From positions 248,001-312,000 of the forward strand of contig JALMLS010000579.1 in assembly GCA_038496445.1 (NCBI GenBank): 64,000 nucleotides of DNA, written 5' to 3'. The notes beneath the pieces were generated by a model that was not told the origin of the DNA, did not search any database, and worked only from the letters and a program-made list of their open reading frames with translations. A program made the translations under genes and the position numbers. Below, piece after piece: positions 1-14,288 of the stretch. Source of the DNA: Trichosphaerium sp. ATCC 40318. Lineage: Eukaryota; Protista; Tubulinea. Position 1 is the stretch's first letter, and every line of letters starts with the position of its first letter.

Positions 1-1986
1 CGAAAGTTTGTTTACAACTCACAAAGTTTATTGAAAACTGTATTATTTTTATCTACCCTTAGAGTTTATACATACTCGTAATTTTGGCATATCTGGCCTT
101 TTTTTTATAATAGCATACCATGGAGCAACCACCGAGTAAAAACAATAAGACTATCAAGAACCCAGCTTAAAAGAAAAAAAATTTAGCTTGTATTCTTTTT
201 TGAGACACTTGTGACTTTCTACGCACTCGCGATTTGCCATGAAACTACGTCACGATGTATGGATTCAGGTGTCAATGGAGGGGCAGGTTTTTTCGTCGGC
301 CCATTCCAACAATCTTCAATAACGTTGTTGCCATAATCATCAATTTTATCTAGTAACAAATGAGATATTTTAAGAAGTTTTTTGAGGATTACCTGCTGTA
401 AAGAGTGTTGTATTGCAAACCAGTTTTGAGATGTACATAACTGCTAAATCGGCTTTACGTCCTAAGTTGTCAGAATCTAAAGAAACCAAAGTTAAAACAG
501 CTTCAAAAAGAAAATGAAAACTTTACATGATAAGCCGTCGCATAATCTAGCGTTTGCTCCATTTCCCAAGTATATAACTGAAGTATCTTGTGAGAAGAAA
601 GAATCATACAGTTTCTATAGCATACCTCCACCACTGCCCATTGCACTATTCTTTACAAAAGAAGTATGCTCTACAGTCTACAACGCAAATGAGATGTAAA
701 GGCTTCACTGAGGCTTTTAGCATGGTTTCTAAACTTACCGCTGTTACGTTATATAAGCATAAAGCTCCTCCCTGATCAGCTCTACGATTGGGTAAGACTT
801 GAGAATTATAGAACCAAACTACTTACAGATTCCTTTCGAAATGAGAATTTGTTATTTTTAAGGTTCCATACGCTTCCATTGCATTGAAGTAAATTGCAGC
901 GCCACGATTAGTACTACCATCCTATGTATCGAAATATTAGATGTTTGCAAATGGCACAATATGGACAGTGCACGTGATTTAAATTAAGATAATCGTAAAA
1001 AACTAAGAAAGCAAGGAAATACCTTTGTATTGAAGTTGGTGTTGCCAATGAACGTGCAGTTGTCTATGTTAGCTTCCATTCCAATTGTATGTCCAGTTTG
1101 AATTGATACACCACTTCCATCGAGATATCTACCCATTCCCTTATTGTAAGAGAAGACACTACCAGTTATGTTGACTCTACCACCGTTCCACACATTTATT
1201 GGGTTTCCTAAAGACCTAAATACATAAACTCAGTGAACAGTGATGTTTCTTACTTTGTGAATATGCAATTATGAACGCTGAGATTAACTTTGAAAGCATA
1301 AACACTGAGAACACCAGTCTGGTAAGGACGACACTTGTCAAATATAAGTCCAGATAGTGTTATTTGTGAGTTGTCTAACACATTTAGTTAAAAATGTTGG
1401 GCTTTATTTTGAGGTTGTACGCGATGATCTGAATCCACCAATATTGTATGCGCAAGATATATTAGCCTGCACATTTGTAAATAAGTTTTCGAAAAAACAA
1501 CAAAACTGTGCGTGCTTTTGGTTCCAAATTCACGTTTTCGGGTGTACCGCCAATAATACGAAAATCTTTTGCGATAGAGTAATAAGGGCCGTTTGGACAC
1601 CCGCCACAGGTTCCAGACATTTCCACACCATAATTTTTAGCTCCTATTGGAGTGTTTACATAGTGTTGGTAAAAACGCGATTTATACCTGAATAAACTCC
1701 ATCCAAAGCGTATATGGTCGTTACGTTAATTGGTTCGGTTGGATTTACTTTATGGCAAGTGGCAACACATGTAGCATCAAGTAATGACCCGCAAGGCCTT
1801 TAACAATAACAGTTGGCACAAAAAACCCATAGTAGTAAATTAATGGTCGCACGTTTCTTTGGAGCCACAATCTGGTGCTGTAGCGCTACTGGATGGCGAC
1901 AGGTATATTATTTCTAGTGCTGTGATATTTACAATGCCTAATGACAACAGTAATAGTACAATAACTGTTAATGAGTTGCTTCTCAT
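1..1986 (-). CDS. Secreted or surface protein with parallel beta-helix (FxxN/GGA, polymorphic-membrane-protein-like) repeats; multi-exon, runs off the window start
   Basis: ATG at 1986 gives MRSNSLTVIVLLLLSLGIVNITA (signal peptide), then YLSPSSSATAPDCGS..PCGSL..A. Later exons read NCTFIGN, GAAIYF, SHFE.N.ADQGGA and SFVKNSAMGSGGG. Confidence 0.65.
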
Positions 1987-2198
1987 TTGTTATTTTTCTA
2001 AAAACTTGCGAATTCACAAAAACACTGTAGCATGTGATTACTGAACGGCACAACTTGAGAAAACTATGTGTTATCTCATGCTTGTTTACACTTTAAACAG
2101 ATGCGACCAATCTCATTTGTGTGGGAAATACGTGAAACGTTTAATCGTGTCTTAACTGCCGTTAAGTCTTGTTTTCTAAAGTAGTCGTTCAAACTTTA

Positions 2199-3994
2199 AT
2201 GGAAGAGGATTTATTTGACTTTTATTTGATTGGAGACAACGAAGACGCTACGCGTACGATTTTTTTGTAACGTTCCCAAAATCTTACGACAGAAAGTTGT
2301 AAACTGTGATGAAGAAGGCCATAGACTATCTCTCTTATCATCTACTGTATCTGTACGTATTCTTATACTTTTTGAAGCGAAATTACAATTACACTTCACC
2401 AAAACGATCCAAAACGATTTGAACCAAGCACCAGTTGCGTGGAAACTAATTTTTTGAAAAAAACAGCCAAATGATCACAAGTTCTTATGGAGCCAAGAAC
2501 CAAGCCTTTCTTTGGATGTAGAGCTTGAACGCGGCGTACCTAAAACGCAGGTAACCTTAGAATAACCAACCATGTCAGTCTAATCGAGAATAGCTCGAAC
2601 TAGATGAAGAATTAGCTGAACAGCTCTTTGAACTGGAAAAAAAGGCTCATTGGGCACGTATTGATAAAGACGAGGCTATAGCGCTTCGCGTACAAGGTGC
2701 AAGAGTTGTCTATTACGCAACACAAATGAGGATATTCTGTCACAAAAAAGTTGTTTATTGGTTTTTTGTAGCCCAGGAGAAGGAAGCCTTTTTACGGAAA
2801 CATAAACAATACCTTGCAGATAAAGAACTTGCTATGAAATACCAAGTCAAATTTGGATTGAGTAGTGCAGCATTTGAATGCCCAGTGTGCCTTGTACGAA
2901 CGAGTGTTTAAGGCAAAACAATTGTACAAAGTGTCTATCACATATCAAAGCTCTTGCATTTTGTGTTCGTTTCTAATAAGGTGATAGGATGATATTGAGG
3001 CTGGAAAGGGTATAAGGTTATCTTGTTCACATAGTATTTGCTTAGAATGCTTTACATTCTATGTGTCGCAGGTACGAAGATTAGGTTAACAACTCAAATG
3101 AGAAAAAAATAAGATAAATTGTTGTACACTAACGTTGTATAGGCAATAAGTAATACAGACACTCTAGAATGTCCTCAAGGGTGTGGAAGTATTGTAACAA
3201 GTAGAGAAATAAAAATCGTTCTTGATGACACCAAGGCAGAGAGATACGCCGAAATTGAACAACTTAAGTTGAAACAATCGATTGCTGGTAAGCAAGCGTC
3301 TGAAAAGAAGCTTCAAAGACCTTATCAACAACCTGTATAGGTTTATGGCATTGTCGGACACCTGATTGTAATAATGCGGTAGAAATGGGTAAGGAGGTGG
3401 TTCAGAAACCAACTAAAGACTGATTTGGTTTTTTTTTGTTAGTCAAGAGACTTTTTGGTAGAACTATAAGAAAATACGTTTGCCCTGGTTGTAAAAAAGC
3501 GTATTGTATAAACTGCAATTCTGATTGGCATGAAAACATATCTTGTCGTAAATATCAAAAATGGGTTAAGTACGTACATGACAAAAACCAGCTGTAAAGA
3601 AAAACAAAATTGTATTCCTTTTTTTTTCTTTTTTTTTCCTTTTTCCTTTTGATGTCGTCAACCAGAGTACTAATTTTTGCTTGAAATAGAATGAATAAAC
3701 AGGGAGATGATGCATTGACAAAATTAATTAAAAAAGGACAAGTTGCACTTTGTAAGTGCGGAGCAGCCATTCAGGTAAACAAAAAAAACAACTTCAACAA
3801 AATTTTTTTCTAACTCAAAACAGAAAAATGGAGGCTGCAATTTGATGACATGTTCAACTTGTTCTAATAAGTTTTGTTGGGAGTGTAAAAAGTTTTTAAA
3901 GGTAAGTGGTTAACATGTTAATAGATAACTTCTTTCCTTTCTAATCCCACGATTTTAGCCTGGTGAAAAGTGTAAACATACATCGTATCACTAA
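2199..3994 (+). CDS. RBR-type (RING-IBR-RING) E3 ubiquitin ligase, multi-exon; start uncertain
   Basis: Exons give RING1 (FECPVCL..LSCSHSICLEC..LECPQGC), IBR (WHCRTPDC..CPGCKKAYCINCNSDWHENISC) and RING2 ([30 protein letters not shown]). Stop TAA at 3992-3994. Confidence 0.85.
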
Positions 3995-4581
3995 TTGTAA
4001 TAAATAATAAATAAATAAAAGAAAAATAGTAACATTAGCAAAAAAACAAGCCTACATAACATTAAAAGATAGCCATTGACTTGGTAGCCTCTTCTGAACC
4101 ATTAACAGTCACATACAATAACACTTTTAAGAATTTCAAGCTGGTGGCAGTACAACGATAATGAGCTCTGTGAGCCAGCCTGTTTCACATCAACGAGTTG
4201 AGATTTATTTGATTATACAAAAACTAATCAGAGTGTACTCCACATGAGATTGGATTAGTAGTTGTTTTAGGGTACTGTGAGAAAAGCATGGACAGATTGC
4301 AAGAAGCTATTAGTCCAAGGACATGTACAATTACAAAATGTCACAATCAAAAGCACTTGGAAATATTAACAGCTTAAACACATAACAATTCACTCTTTAA
4401 CACAAACCTGTCTTGCCCTGAAGCATTGTGTAACACGTGCCACAATTATTGCTACTAATGACCTAAACCACTCTAGTGTGAAACACTATCATAATCAATA
4501 GTACACAGAACTACCATGTGCCTAGTATGTAAAATAATACTTTATTTAAAACCTATTTTATGTCCGGAATACCCCATCCTT

Positions 4582-5970
4582 CTACCCATAGCTATATCTA
4601 ATACCCATTGACTTGACAACCTCTTCTGAAATATTATCACAGTCATGTACAGTAATACTTTTCAGGGCTTTCAAGTGCTTCAAGCAGTCACCAGTAATCA
4701 TGCCACAGTCATCTAACACAAGTTGTTCCAAGTTGACTAATGTATTCAAACCTGAGTTTGTAAAATCACAATAATCAAGGTGAAGATGTTTGACATTAGT
4801 CAACGATTTGATTCCGTCATCTGTAAATGATTGCTGGTTATTTATAATGCCTACTGTGTGTACATCACAAAGGCACTCAAGAAATTCATTTGTACATGTC
4901 GTTCTTGCAATGCCACCATTACCAAATTTAATCTCATGGACACCTTTGAGTGCCTTTATTCCTTCAACCCCTATATTATTGCAATCATGAAGATGAATGG
5001 TGTGAAGACCAGCAAGAGCTTTGAATCCCTCACCTGTCACGTTTAAACCATGAAGATGAATGGTGTGAACACCAGCAAGAGCTTTGATGCCCTTATCTGT
5101 CACTTTTGAACCAGAAAGACGAATTGTATGAACAACACCAAGACCTTCAATACCTTTGTCAGTAACATTAGTATATAGAAGACTTATTGAATGAACACCA
5201 GCAAGAGCTTCAACTCCTTCGTCTAATACTTTTGTATCATTCAAATGAATCGTATGAACACCAGCGAGTGCGATCACACCATCATCTGTTACACTTGTAT
5301 TACCAAGGTTTATAGTATGAACACCAGCAAGTGCTTTAATACCTTCATTTGTTATTGACGAACAGTTTTGAAGTGAGATTTCATGAACACCAGCAAGATA
5401 CTTAATACCTTCATCTGTAACTATAGTATTACTAAGGTCTATGGTATGGACACCAGCAAGAGCCTTAACACCTTCATCTGTCACTGTCGTATCACCAAGA
5501 AGAATAGTATGAACACCAGCAAGTGCAATCACTGCTTTATCCGTAATACGTGAAGCTCTTCCGAGATTTATAGAATGAACACCAGCAAGACATACAATAG
5601 CTTCATCATCAATAAGAGTTTGATAAAGGTTAATCGTATGAACTCCTGCAAGCCATTTAACACCTTCACCTGATACCTTAGTTCTACGAAGGTCAATTGT
5701 GTGAACTCCTTTAAATTTCTCCAGAAGACTGTCACAAGGAAACTCGTTACGGAAATTATTAAATAACCAGATTTTTGAGTGCTTAATGATACCCTTGTGT
5801 TTTATAACTTCAAGTGCTTGCTCGTTTGTTGCTATACTGACTCTGTAGTATCCGATAATGTCATGTATGATAGTAGAAATGAGATGACACGTTTGACAAG
5901 CTGCAAATCGTGCTTTCGTTGTAAACAAGAGAATACTCGCTATAATTTCTATTGGTAGATTCAATAACAA
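4582..5970 (-). CDS. F-box plus 22-aa leucine-rich repeat protein; long uninterrupted ORF
   Basis: N-terminal LLNLPIEIIASIL F-box-like motif and many repeats of consensus LAGVHTIxLxxTxVTDEGIKA. There is no in-frame ATG before the stop at 5995-5997, so a short upstream exon is likely. Confidence 0.85.
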   Translation of the reverse strand: MLLNLPIEIIASILLFTTKARFAACQTCHLISTIIHDIIGYYRVSIATNEQALEVIKHKGIIKHSKIWLFNNFRNEFPCDSLLEKFKGVHTIDLRRTKVSGEGVKWLAGVHTINLYQTLIDDEAIVCLAGVHSINLGRASRITDKAVIALAGVHTILLGDTTVTDEGVKALAGVHTIDLSNTIVTDEGIKYLAGVHEISLQNCSSITNEGIKALAGVHTINLGNTSVTDDGVIALAGVHTIHLNDTKVLDEGVEALAGVHSISLLYTNVTDKGIEGLGVVHTIRLSGSKVTDKGIKALAGVHTIHLHGLNVTGEGFKALAGLHTIHLHDCNNIGVEGIKALKGVHEIKFGNGGIARTTCTNEFLECLCDVHTVGIINNQQSFTDDGIKSLTNVKHLHLDYCDFTNSGLNTLVNLEQLVLDDCGMITGDCLKHLKALKSITVHDCDNISEEVVKSMGIRYSYG

Positions 5971-6135
5971 TGTTTTAGCGCTACCACTATTGTTTTAGTT
6001 AAAATACATTTATTACGTCGTTTTACCGTTTATCGCGGACGTTTGTGAACTCCGGTGCTAGTTTATTCGGTTTGTTATTTCCTCCGTACAGTCCATGGCT
6101 GCGCCTGCTTTCCGGAAAAGGACCGGAGAAGACCG

Positions 6136-9100
6136 CTAATAGCTTTGACTGCTAAATGAAACGTTCATGTGGGCTCTTCTGTGAATTCTAGCCCTCTCAA
6201 CTCGACAATTCTGCTATACAGGTTCTGTCGCCTCATTTAGATTTGACATAAAAAGTGAAGTTTCAAATTCTAAAGTGTCAATATACACCTACGAACAACA
6301 GCTTTGGTTCAAGTTGCGTCACATCACTTAGTGAAAATACAGTTATTCTTCATTGTTTCTTGTTTTTTTTACACCTCATTCAGTTTACTGTACAAACAGA
6401 GTGAGCTAAGCTCAAATAATTACTTTTTTGGAAAGAATGGACACAAAGTTTTCGTATATGTCATATGCTAATATGACCACAAAACCTATCTGTTCATATC
6501 TTTTACCCTTTCTTTCATGCAAAACAATCTCGTGCACGTGAATATTGTTCAAGGAAGCATTGACCATACTCCTTAAGCAAGTTAGGATCTAAAAAATGGA
6601 TTAGCGCTGTAGACAAACATAATAAAAAAATTCAAAAAAAAAATACCAAGGAACAGTAGAGAAAGCTCAATAACGCCAAGCCACATTGTCTTTTCATCCT
6701 GATTTTCGGCAATAAATAGTAAGTCAGGTTTATTCAATTTAAATCCTAGCGCATCAACCTTTGGCATCACATCGACTAGGAGTACATTATATCAAAAACA
6801 TAAAAAAACAATTGGAGAAAACCAAAAAAAAAAACAAAACATTTCATAAACGTACTGCTTGTAGCGAACCCTAGAACAACTTCACCCTTTGGAAGGGCAT
6901 CTATATAATTATTCGTTTTAAAATACAACAGTCTACTTGCAGCAGCGTCTAATACGTAATAATTACGCTTCCTACACATAAACTTATTTCAAGAATAAAA
7001 AAACTTTCGCCAAAGAAAAAAGGCAATGAACACATACCACCGGAAGGAGGAAGCAACTTTACTACTTAAATAACCCAAATTTGCATAATCAGGTGATATA
7101 TCTTCTATATGTCTCTTTATAGACATCATATAACGATGCATTATTCCTTTACGGAATTGTTCTAAAACAAACATAAACATTAAATGCAATTCGGTAAATT
7201 TCTACTAAAAAGCACTTACCTCTACCCAACATAACTCTAAACGCATTAAAACGACGAGCACCAGCTTCTTCCTCATTTTCAGGCTCTTTTTTCGACGAAT
7301 CGAGTACATGGCGAGCACTAGAGGTTACATCAGCAAAAAGAAATGCAGAAACAATTGCTTTTAAACCCGTACAGATTTACTAAAGCGCGAAGTTCTGATA
7401 GAGACGGTACTGTAGCACCATGTTTGACACCTACAGTGTCATTCAACGACCTCTATTATTTTTTTAGTACACTAGTTCAATAAGGCGTTTCTACGTACAG
7501 CTACAGGAGTGTAATCTGTGCCGACTGGCATTGTATAATTTGAAGGAAAGACACCAGTTCTTCCATCAAGTTCACCTGTCCACCAATCCTATGGGTGTAG
7601 TTAGAATAAACGCAAATCGTATTTATAGCCGTTTATAGCGTATTACGTACACCATCTCTTTTGATGACTGTGATGAGGTCACCTTCTTTGAAGTTTAAGT
7701 CATCTGCATCAGGACTTGCATAATCGAAATTGGCACGAACGAGAACATTCTCTGTTTCTGCTTCTTGATCTCCTGGTTGGAATATAGATACAACACTAAC
7801 ACGATCTTCATCTCCGTCTACATATGGACGGGTATAGGAAACAGGAAATGAACCTAAAGGTCATGAATAGGACTATTACCACCAAACGCATATAAAATGA
7901 TTCACTAACCTGACTTTCCATTCAACTCATTGCGGCCTGTCCACCAGTCCTAGTCATTTTTTAATACAACAAATATATGTCAAATATATCCTTACGCCAT
8001 CTTTGGATATGACTGTAATAACGTCACCTTCCATAAAACTCAAATCATCCTTGTCTTCAGAAATAAAGTCAAAATTACCTCTAAGAAAAAAAAACAATTA
8101 GTCATCAAACAAATACACCAGGCATTAATTAATACTTACACTACTTTCTCTTTTTCTTTTGGAGATGCTGGGGTACTAATAACAACTTGTGGGGATTTAG
8201 ACGATCCACTACTCTCTGAAACAAACAGTAAGTAATACAACATTGAAATGAAATGAAAAGAAAAAACGAAATTCATAGGCGTTAACATACCTACAGACGA
8301 ATTTTCAGCGTTGTCCTATTTGGCAAGGAGTGTTAGAAATAAAACTGAGTAGTAGCGGATAAAGGACTATTTAAAAAAACGCACTCTGAATGATCCTGCA
8401 GGTGAATTTCCTTCACTTCTTACACCAGTACCAAGTTGAAGTCTTTGTAATGGTCCTCTATGCACTGGCTCTTGCTTTGCTGGTCCGCGGTCGGTTTGTG
8501 ATCCGAGCTTACGATGTTTAGCCATGCCTGAAGGTTTGTTTGTAGCTGGCCACCTGTTGAATTTCTTTCAAGATGTTAGAAAACACTTCACAATAAAAGA
8601 AATAGTACTTGGTTTAATGTTGCTGAAACAGGTCTTCCAGAGCGTCTACCTGATGCAAAACCATTCTTCGGGCTACTACTACGTAATTCACCTCGAGGAG
8701 CAGGTCGTTGAGGTCTCAGCATTTTCTTAATTTACACGTTAAAAAAAAGAAACTTCAACCAAAAAAAAACATACTCTATACTGTGGAAGTGTCTCCTGAG
8801 AGCGAGATAAACGTGCCACCTAAATAAAATATTAAGAATATATTACGATAATTTCCCGGATATAGTACCCCACTAGTATGTAAAGAAGACCGTTTCTAGA
8901 AACCAAAAAATGAGTACAATGAAAAAAACACAAAAAGTTATTAACATACGCGAGTGCGTGTTATATCAGGGCTCTTCTGTCTTCCTTTAAACCTTGGTTG
9001 TGGTGGTGCTCTCTTTGGAGAAGGCGAGGTAGACTTTAAAAAGAGGTTAGACCATAATTGTAAAATACACAAACAAATATAATCGCACCCTGTCAAGTTT

Positions 9101-9900
9101 TTCGGGTGCTAGTTTTGGTCGATTTACGCGTGGTGGAGGCCTCTTTGGACGCTGTGGTGTTGAAGGCGAGCTACTTGGTGCTGGATTATCACCAGCAACA
9201 ACACGAGGTACACCACTGTTAAGTCCCATGCTATTCTTTCGTTTATTTAGTTCTACTAGCCGCTCTTGCATCTCAGCGATTTTAGCGCCTACTCCAGTAC
9301 CACCACTGGCTATATAGTATAATTAGACAACTGCACGCAGTGTTTTGTTCATTCGTTTTGTTTGTGACACGAAAATGCGAATTGGGACGTTTTGGATTGT
9401 TTGTTGTGCATACCAGTAATAGTGGCGCTTGCTTTTGCGTCAGTAGATTTGCGTAATGATGGTTGGTCGCGCAATAGGCGCTCCTTTTTTCTTCTACACA
9501 ATTTTTAGAATACACCCTGTTAATATTGTTTATAACTACCTTATTGCTTCTAAACGCGCGCGCATTCGCACAATACGCTGCTGTTTTACGCCCATTGAAC
9601 TTTCTATATCAGCGAGTGTACCTTCCTGTCCAGTGCGCGAAGCACTAGTAGTTGTTAACAACACCATTGATGAATGAGCGCGTTCAAAACGCAAGTTTGC
9701 CCAATTTGCGAACAATTACGCAACCGTACCCTGAGTTCGATTCCACATTGTTCTGCGCGTACAATCAGACTTGATATAATAGTTTAGATTAGACGAACCT
9801 GCATAATCCCAAATGGCTATTTAGTCCATCCACAAGTATGCCTGACAAAAGAGTACGTTGTAGCGGGAGTTACTATTTCTGAAGCTAACTTTGACAAAGG
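6136..9900 (-). CDS. Adaptor protein: proline-rich region, two SH3 domains and a PH domain; multi-exon, 5' end approximate
   Basis: SH3 motifs NFDFISEDKDDLSFMEGDVITV..DWWTG..SGSFPVSY and ANFDYASPDADDLNFKEGDLITV..DWWTGELDGRTGVFPSNY. PH-like KRNYYVLD..LLYFK..PKGEVVL..LFIAENQDEKTMWL. Confidence 0.75.
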
Positions 9901-10043
9901 TGTGGCACTTGAGTTATTCTTGTTGTACGTTTGCCAAACGATTGATTGTTGCTACCGCTGACGTCAGAAAAGTATCTTAAAGACTTTTTGTTGACTTTAA
10001 CATGTAAAATTTTACTACTCTCTTTGTTCATAAACTGCACCTT

Positions 10044-13000
10044 ATGAGTAGCAATAAGGTCGAAGGTACTACAATATTTTAAGCATAAACGTTGTTGTAC
10101 TGATTTCGGTCAGAGACGATAAAGGAGCAGCTCGCAGACTATGCAGGCAATGACGAGTTGTTGTTCTTCGATAACGGCGAAGTATCATTTTCACGACCAT
10201 CAAAAAAGCCAAAATATGCCAAGAGGGTACTCGTTGTGACGAAATACCGCTTTATGGTGTTCAAAAAGGGTTTTATGAGCAGAGGTTATGGTGTACGACA
10301 TTTTTCCATCAACGCATGTTGTGACGTTAGTAGGTTGAGAAAGATTGCCATATATACCTATTAGACGAAATAGGCGAGTTGAACGAACGACACACTGTAA
10401 GTCTTGCGCAATCGGTGTCTTCTAAACCATCTAGATAACGTTGCGCTTTCGCTCAACGTTTGCACCAACACGTATTGTAAATAGTGAAACAGACTCGCCC
10501 GCACAAGCCAAATATACGTACCTCACGCTCAGGTACGCATTTTAAACCTACCCAATAACCCCCTGTATTTACGATGATTAATTTTTTAATGCGCTCATTT
10601 TTCTTTCCTACGCGGCTATGCGCTAGAAAAATCACCACAACGCACTTTTCCCAACCTTTAGAGAATTTAGGTATTTTTTATGTTAACGGCATTTGATTAG
10701 AACAGACAGAGCAAGCCTACTCGTCAGAAAGCTGCGAAATTCATTCAGACAGGTACATACACGCCAAAAAAAAAAACATGAGCGGATAAACTCGTACTTT
10801 CTGTCCAACTTTCTCCTGGTTTTTTTTTTCATCGTTGGACACTGATTTATTCCTATTTTCTGTAGATCTCATGTGGTTACACAGAAGATGACATGTACAA
10901 ACTTACCATTCCAGAAGGAGAGTACGTACTAACCTTTATGCAATAATACACCGGATAAATTAATAACCAATGCTTATAGATGCGAACAATTAGATACCCA
11001 CTATGGTAAATGCACTACAATCTTTTTTTTTTCGATTTTTTGGTATTTCTTCAAAAACTCACTTCATCTGCAGTCGAAGGTACTGGCAAGGGTATAGCTG
11101 ACGCCTACATGGCACATTGCAACATGTTACAAGTACCAGTTCGTAAAGATTTCATCACAATCTCAGAACAGGCAGCAACAGGTAAAAAAGCACAGCTGTT
11201 TTCCATTTTTTTATTATTGTGTTGGGTTTTTGGCGCTTAACACTCTTGTTTATAGATTCTACGTGTCTCGACCTCTCTACTATCCCTGGAATATCTTCAA
11301 CAAAATCCATCATTTCCTTAAATCTTCAATCAGTTGGCGGTGCTCTATCACACAATACACACTTCAAAGAACTATTACTACGAAATGCAGATCAAAAAGA
11401 AGCTATGAGCTGTGTTTCTACTCTAGTAAGATCAAATAGAACAATGACAAAGATTCAAATATGCAATAATCACTCAGATGCACCTGTTTCTTTTGGTGAT
11501 AACTTGACATTAAACGAAGACGATCAGCTTTCTATTTTAGATTTAGCTGGTAATAAATTCCATACTGCAGCTTCTGTGAGCTTCTCCAGGGCTTTAGCAT
11601 CGCTCTCACATGGTTTAACAGTTCTCGATATGAGCAACTGTGGCCTTACAGGCAAATGTACGTCATATTTTATTTGTCAATTTCTTATCGAAAGACAGCA
11701 ATCCTTGTTCTATTATCTGCATTTATGTCAAATTTTGGAATGTCCCTCACTATACAAGAACTGAATTTGAGTGGAAATAAATTCGATACTGCTGCCAGTG
11801 AGGTACGTGAAATATCTTTAATAGCTTTAAAAGTAGTGTCGACTAAGTGTATTGTTACTAGAAAGCCATTGAATGGTTTAATGTTATGAAGACTTATTCC
11901 GGTTTAAAAAGAGTAGCTCTTGCTGACACTGGCATTCCAATAGCTGAAACACTACCAACACTAGCGTACGTACCTTATAGCCATGTACACATACTAACAC
12001 GATATTAGACGGATCAAGGACCTTGAATATGTCGACTTGTCTGGTAATAGCTTCTCTAGTGTCTTAGAAACAGCATTATACGACTTTGCAGAAGCCTGCA
12101 CTTCTCTGACAACAATTAAACTCCGCAAATGTTCTCTTGCTTGGGAGAAGATCGAGAGAGTACGTGATTACCCTTTTTAACAAGTTATCTCTAAGCTGGA
12201 AATGTCAAAAGTACTAATTTTAGTTTTTTTATTAGATGCTCACTGGTATTTTGAAAAATGGGTCAAGAGATTTGAATTTAGATATTAGTGACAACTCTTT
12301 GGGACCAAGAGGTGGTTCTCATTTATCTCAAATACTAAAGACTCTACCTAACCTTAAATCACTTAATATTGCTGATAACAGTATACGTTACAAGAGCGCA
12401 ATACAAATTGTAGAGGCTCTTCCATCATCGTGTACTTGGCTTAATATGGATAGAAACTTTAATACTTCATCTGATAATGGAAAGTTTGCTAAACGGCTGG
12501 CGAAGTTCCTTGGAGAAAATACAACACTTCAGTATTTAAGTATAACAGTAAGTAGATCTACTTTCTCGGCTGTTATGCAGTTTCGTTTGTATTAACGGTT
12601 CAAAAAGGGAGAAAAGGGTAAACACTTGAAGGAGCATTTGTCTCCTATTTTCGCCGGGTTAGCTCAGAATAGTGGTCTAACAGCCTTGGATGCATCAAAG
12701 AATAGCTGTGGTGATGGTCCTCTATCTTACCTCGCGGAAGCATTAAGAACAAACACTACATTAAAGTGGTTTGAGTATGTCTCCATCTTTGCAACAAATA
12801 TTTTTTATTTGTACTTACCATTTATTTTTTTTAGCTTGGACAGAAGTAAGGCATCTGTAGAAGGTTGGCGTGCGATAAAGTATAGTCTATCTTTCAATAC
12901 AACATTGGACGGATACGCTTTCCCAGCAAATGACCATGAGAAACTCTACGCTGGTTCATTACCTTATAGTAAGTTCAAACCGAAATATTTTATTTTCAAA

Positions 13001-13896
13001 AGGGTCATCAATAATAACAAAACATAGTCATGGTACACCTTGATATCGAAAGACAGCTTGGAAAGAATGGTAATACACCAACTCGTGAGATACCAGGTGG
13101 AAATCCTTTCGAGTTCTCAAAGGACTGGGTAGCGCCAGGAGCAGCCCCAGCACTTGTGCCTGTACCACAGCACCTTAAAACAATGGAGATCCCTAGTTTT
13201 GAGAAACAACTTGTTGACACAGGCGTTGCAAATGATGTTGCAAAGGACCTTGGAAAAAGTAGACGTAGTACAGAGAGTGCACCACCTCCACTTGATACAA
13301 TTAGTACACCTCCACCGCCACCTATACAAGAAACACCTCCACCATCACCAGCACCAGCACCAGGATCTCGTTCATCTCGTTCATCTCGCTCAGACTCGTC
13401 AAGGAAAAAGGACAAGGTACAACTGTTACTTTTTTATTTTCTTAGTTTTTTACTAACTGGTACTATCACTCAAGGGCTTGAAAAAGAGTAGAGCACGATC
13501 TGGCACTAAAACAAAAATGAAGAAGAGCCGAAAATCAAAGAAAGAATCCCCACCTAGCTCTGCAGCTCCTCTACCTCTTAAAACAGGTACATTATCACCT
13601 TAAAAAGTAACTATGGGCTGACATGTATCTTTCTAGAAAAAGCACCACCGATTGCTACGACGCCAATACCACCTCCGCCAGATATGGCACCTCCTCCTCC
13701 AGCCAATATCCCTCCACCACCTATGTCAGCGCCTCCTGCGCCTAAAGCACCTTCTGCTCCTGCAGCTCCTCCTAACTCATCTAAGCCGCCACCACCTACA
13801 GCGGGGCGTGCTGGTCTTTTGGGAGCTATTCAAGGCTTCAAAAAGGGTAAACTTGCAAAAGCGCAAGTGAACGACCGTTCAGCACCGAAAGTGTAG
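10044..13896 (+). CDS. CARMIL: CARMIL/Acan125-like protein: PH-like N-terminus, LRRs, proline-rich region, C-terminal WH2
   Basis: KRVLVVTKYRFMVF N-terminal motif, many RNI-type LRR exons (LDLAGN, LNLSGN, LDISDN), polyproline tracts, and a terminal verprolin-type WH2 GRAGLLGAIQGFKKGKLAKAQVNDRSAPKV*. Confidence 0.8.
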
Positions 13897-14288
13897 CTGT
13901 ATTAACATTGGTAGTACTGTAAATAAAAGCACAAAAAAATGACGTAGCTTATTCAAAGTGTCAAACTTTAAAACAGGACAAGTTTTCTTTAAAATCGTCT
14001 TTTTTTGGACTGAAGAAATACTGCGTTGCAAATTTCAATATTTTTCAACTGTCTTTTCTAAAATAACTTGGGCGAAAAGCATCCTATGTACGTATCATCG
14101 GTTTATTTCTTCTATTATTATGTCGTAAGCGGTAGGGTGGTTTTATTCTGTTTGCTCGTTGTGTACTGCATTTTTAAAACACTGAAAACGCAACCACTGC
14201 ACTTACTATACTTGCACATTGATGCAAAACTAATAAACCGCGATTACTCCATGTCAGTTTTCATCCTCTAACTTCCGTGTAGACAATC

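Noticed and set aside
4000-4580. Long intergenic stretch between convergent genes as a possible mobile element or ncRNA
   Set aside because: No ORF, terminal repeats or recognisable RNA structure were seen.
9730-9750. GTTCGATTCC tRNA T-loop-like motif
   Set aside because: The flanks do not form a T-stem or cloverleaf, and it overlaps a probable minus-strand exon.
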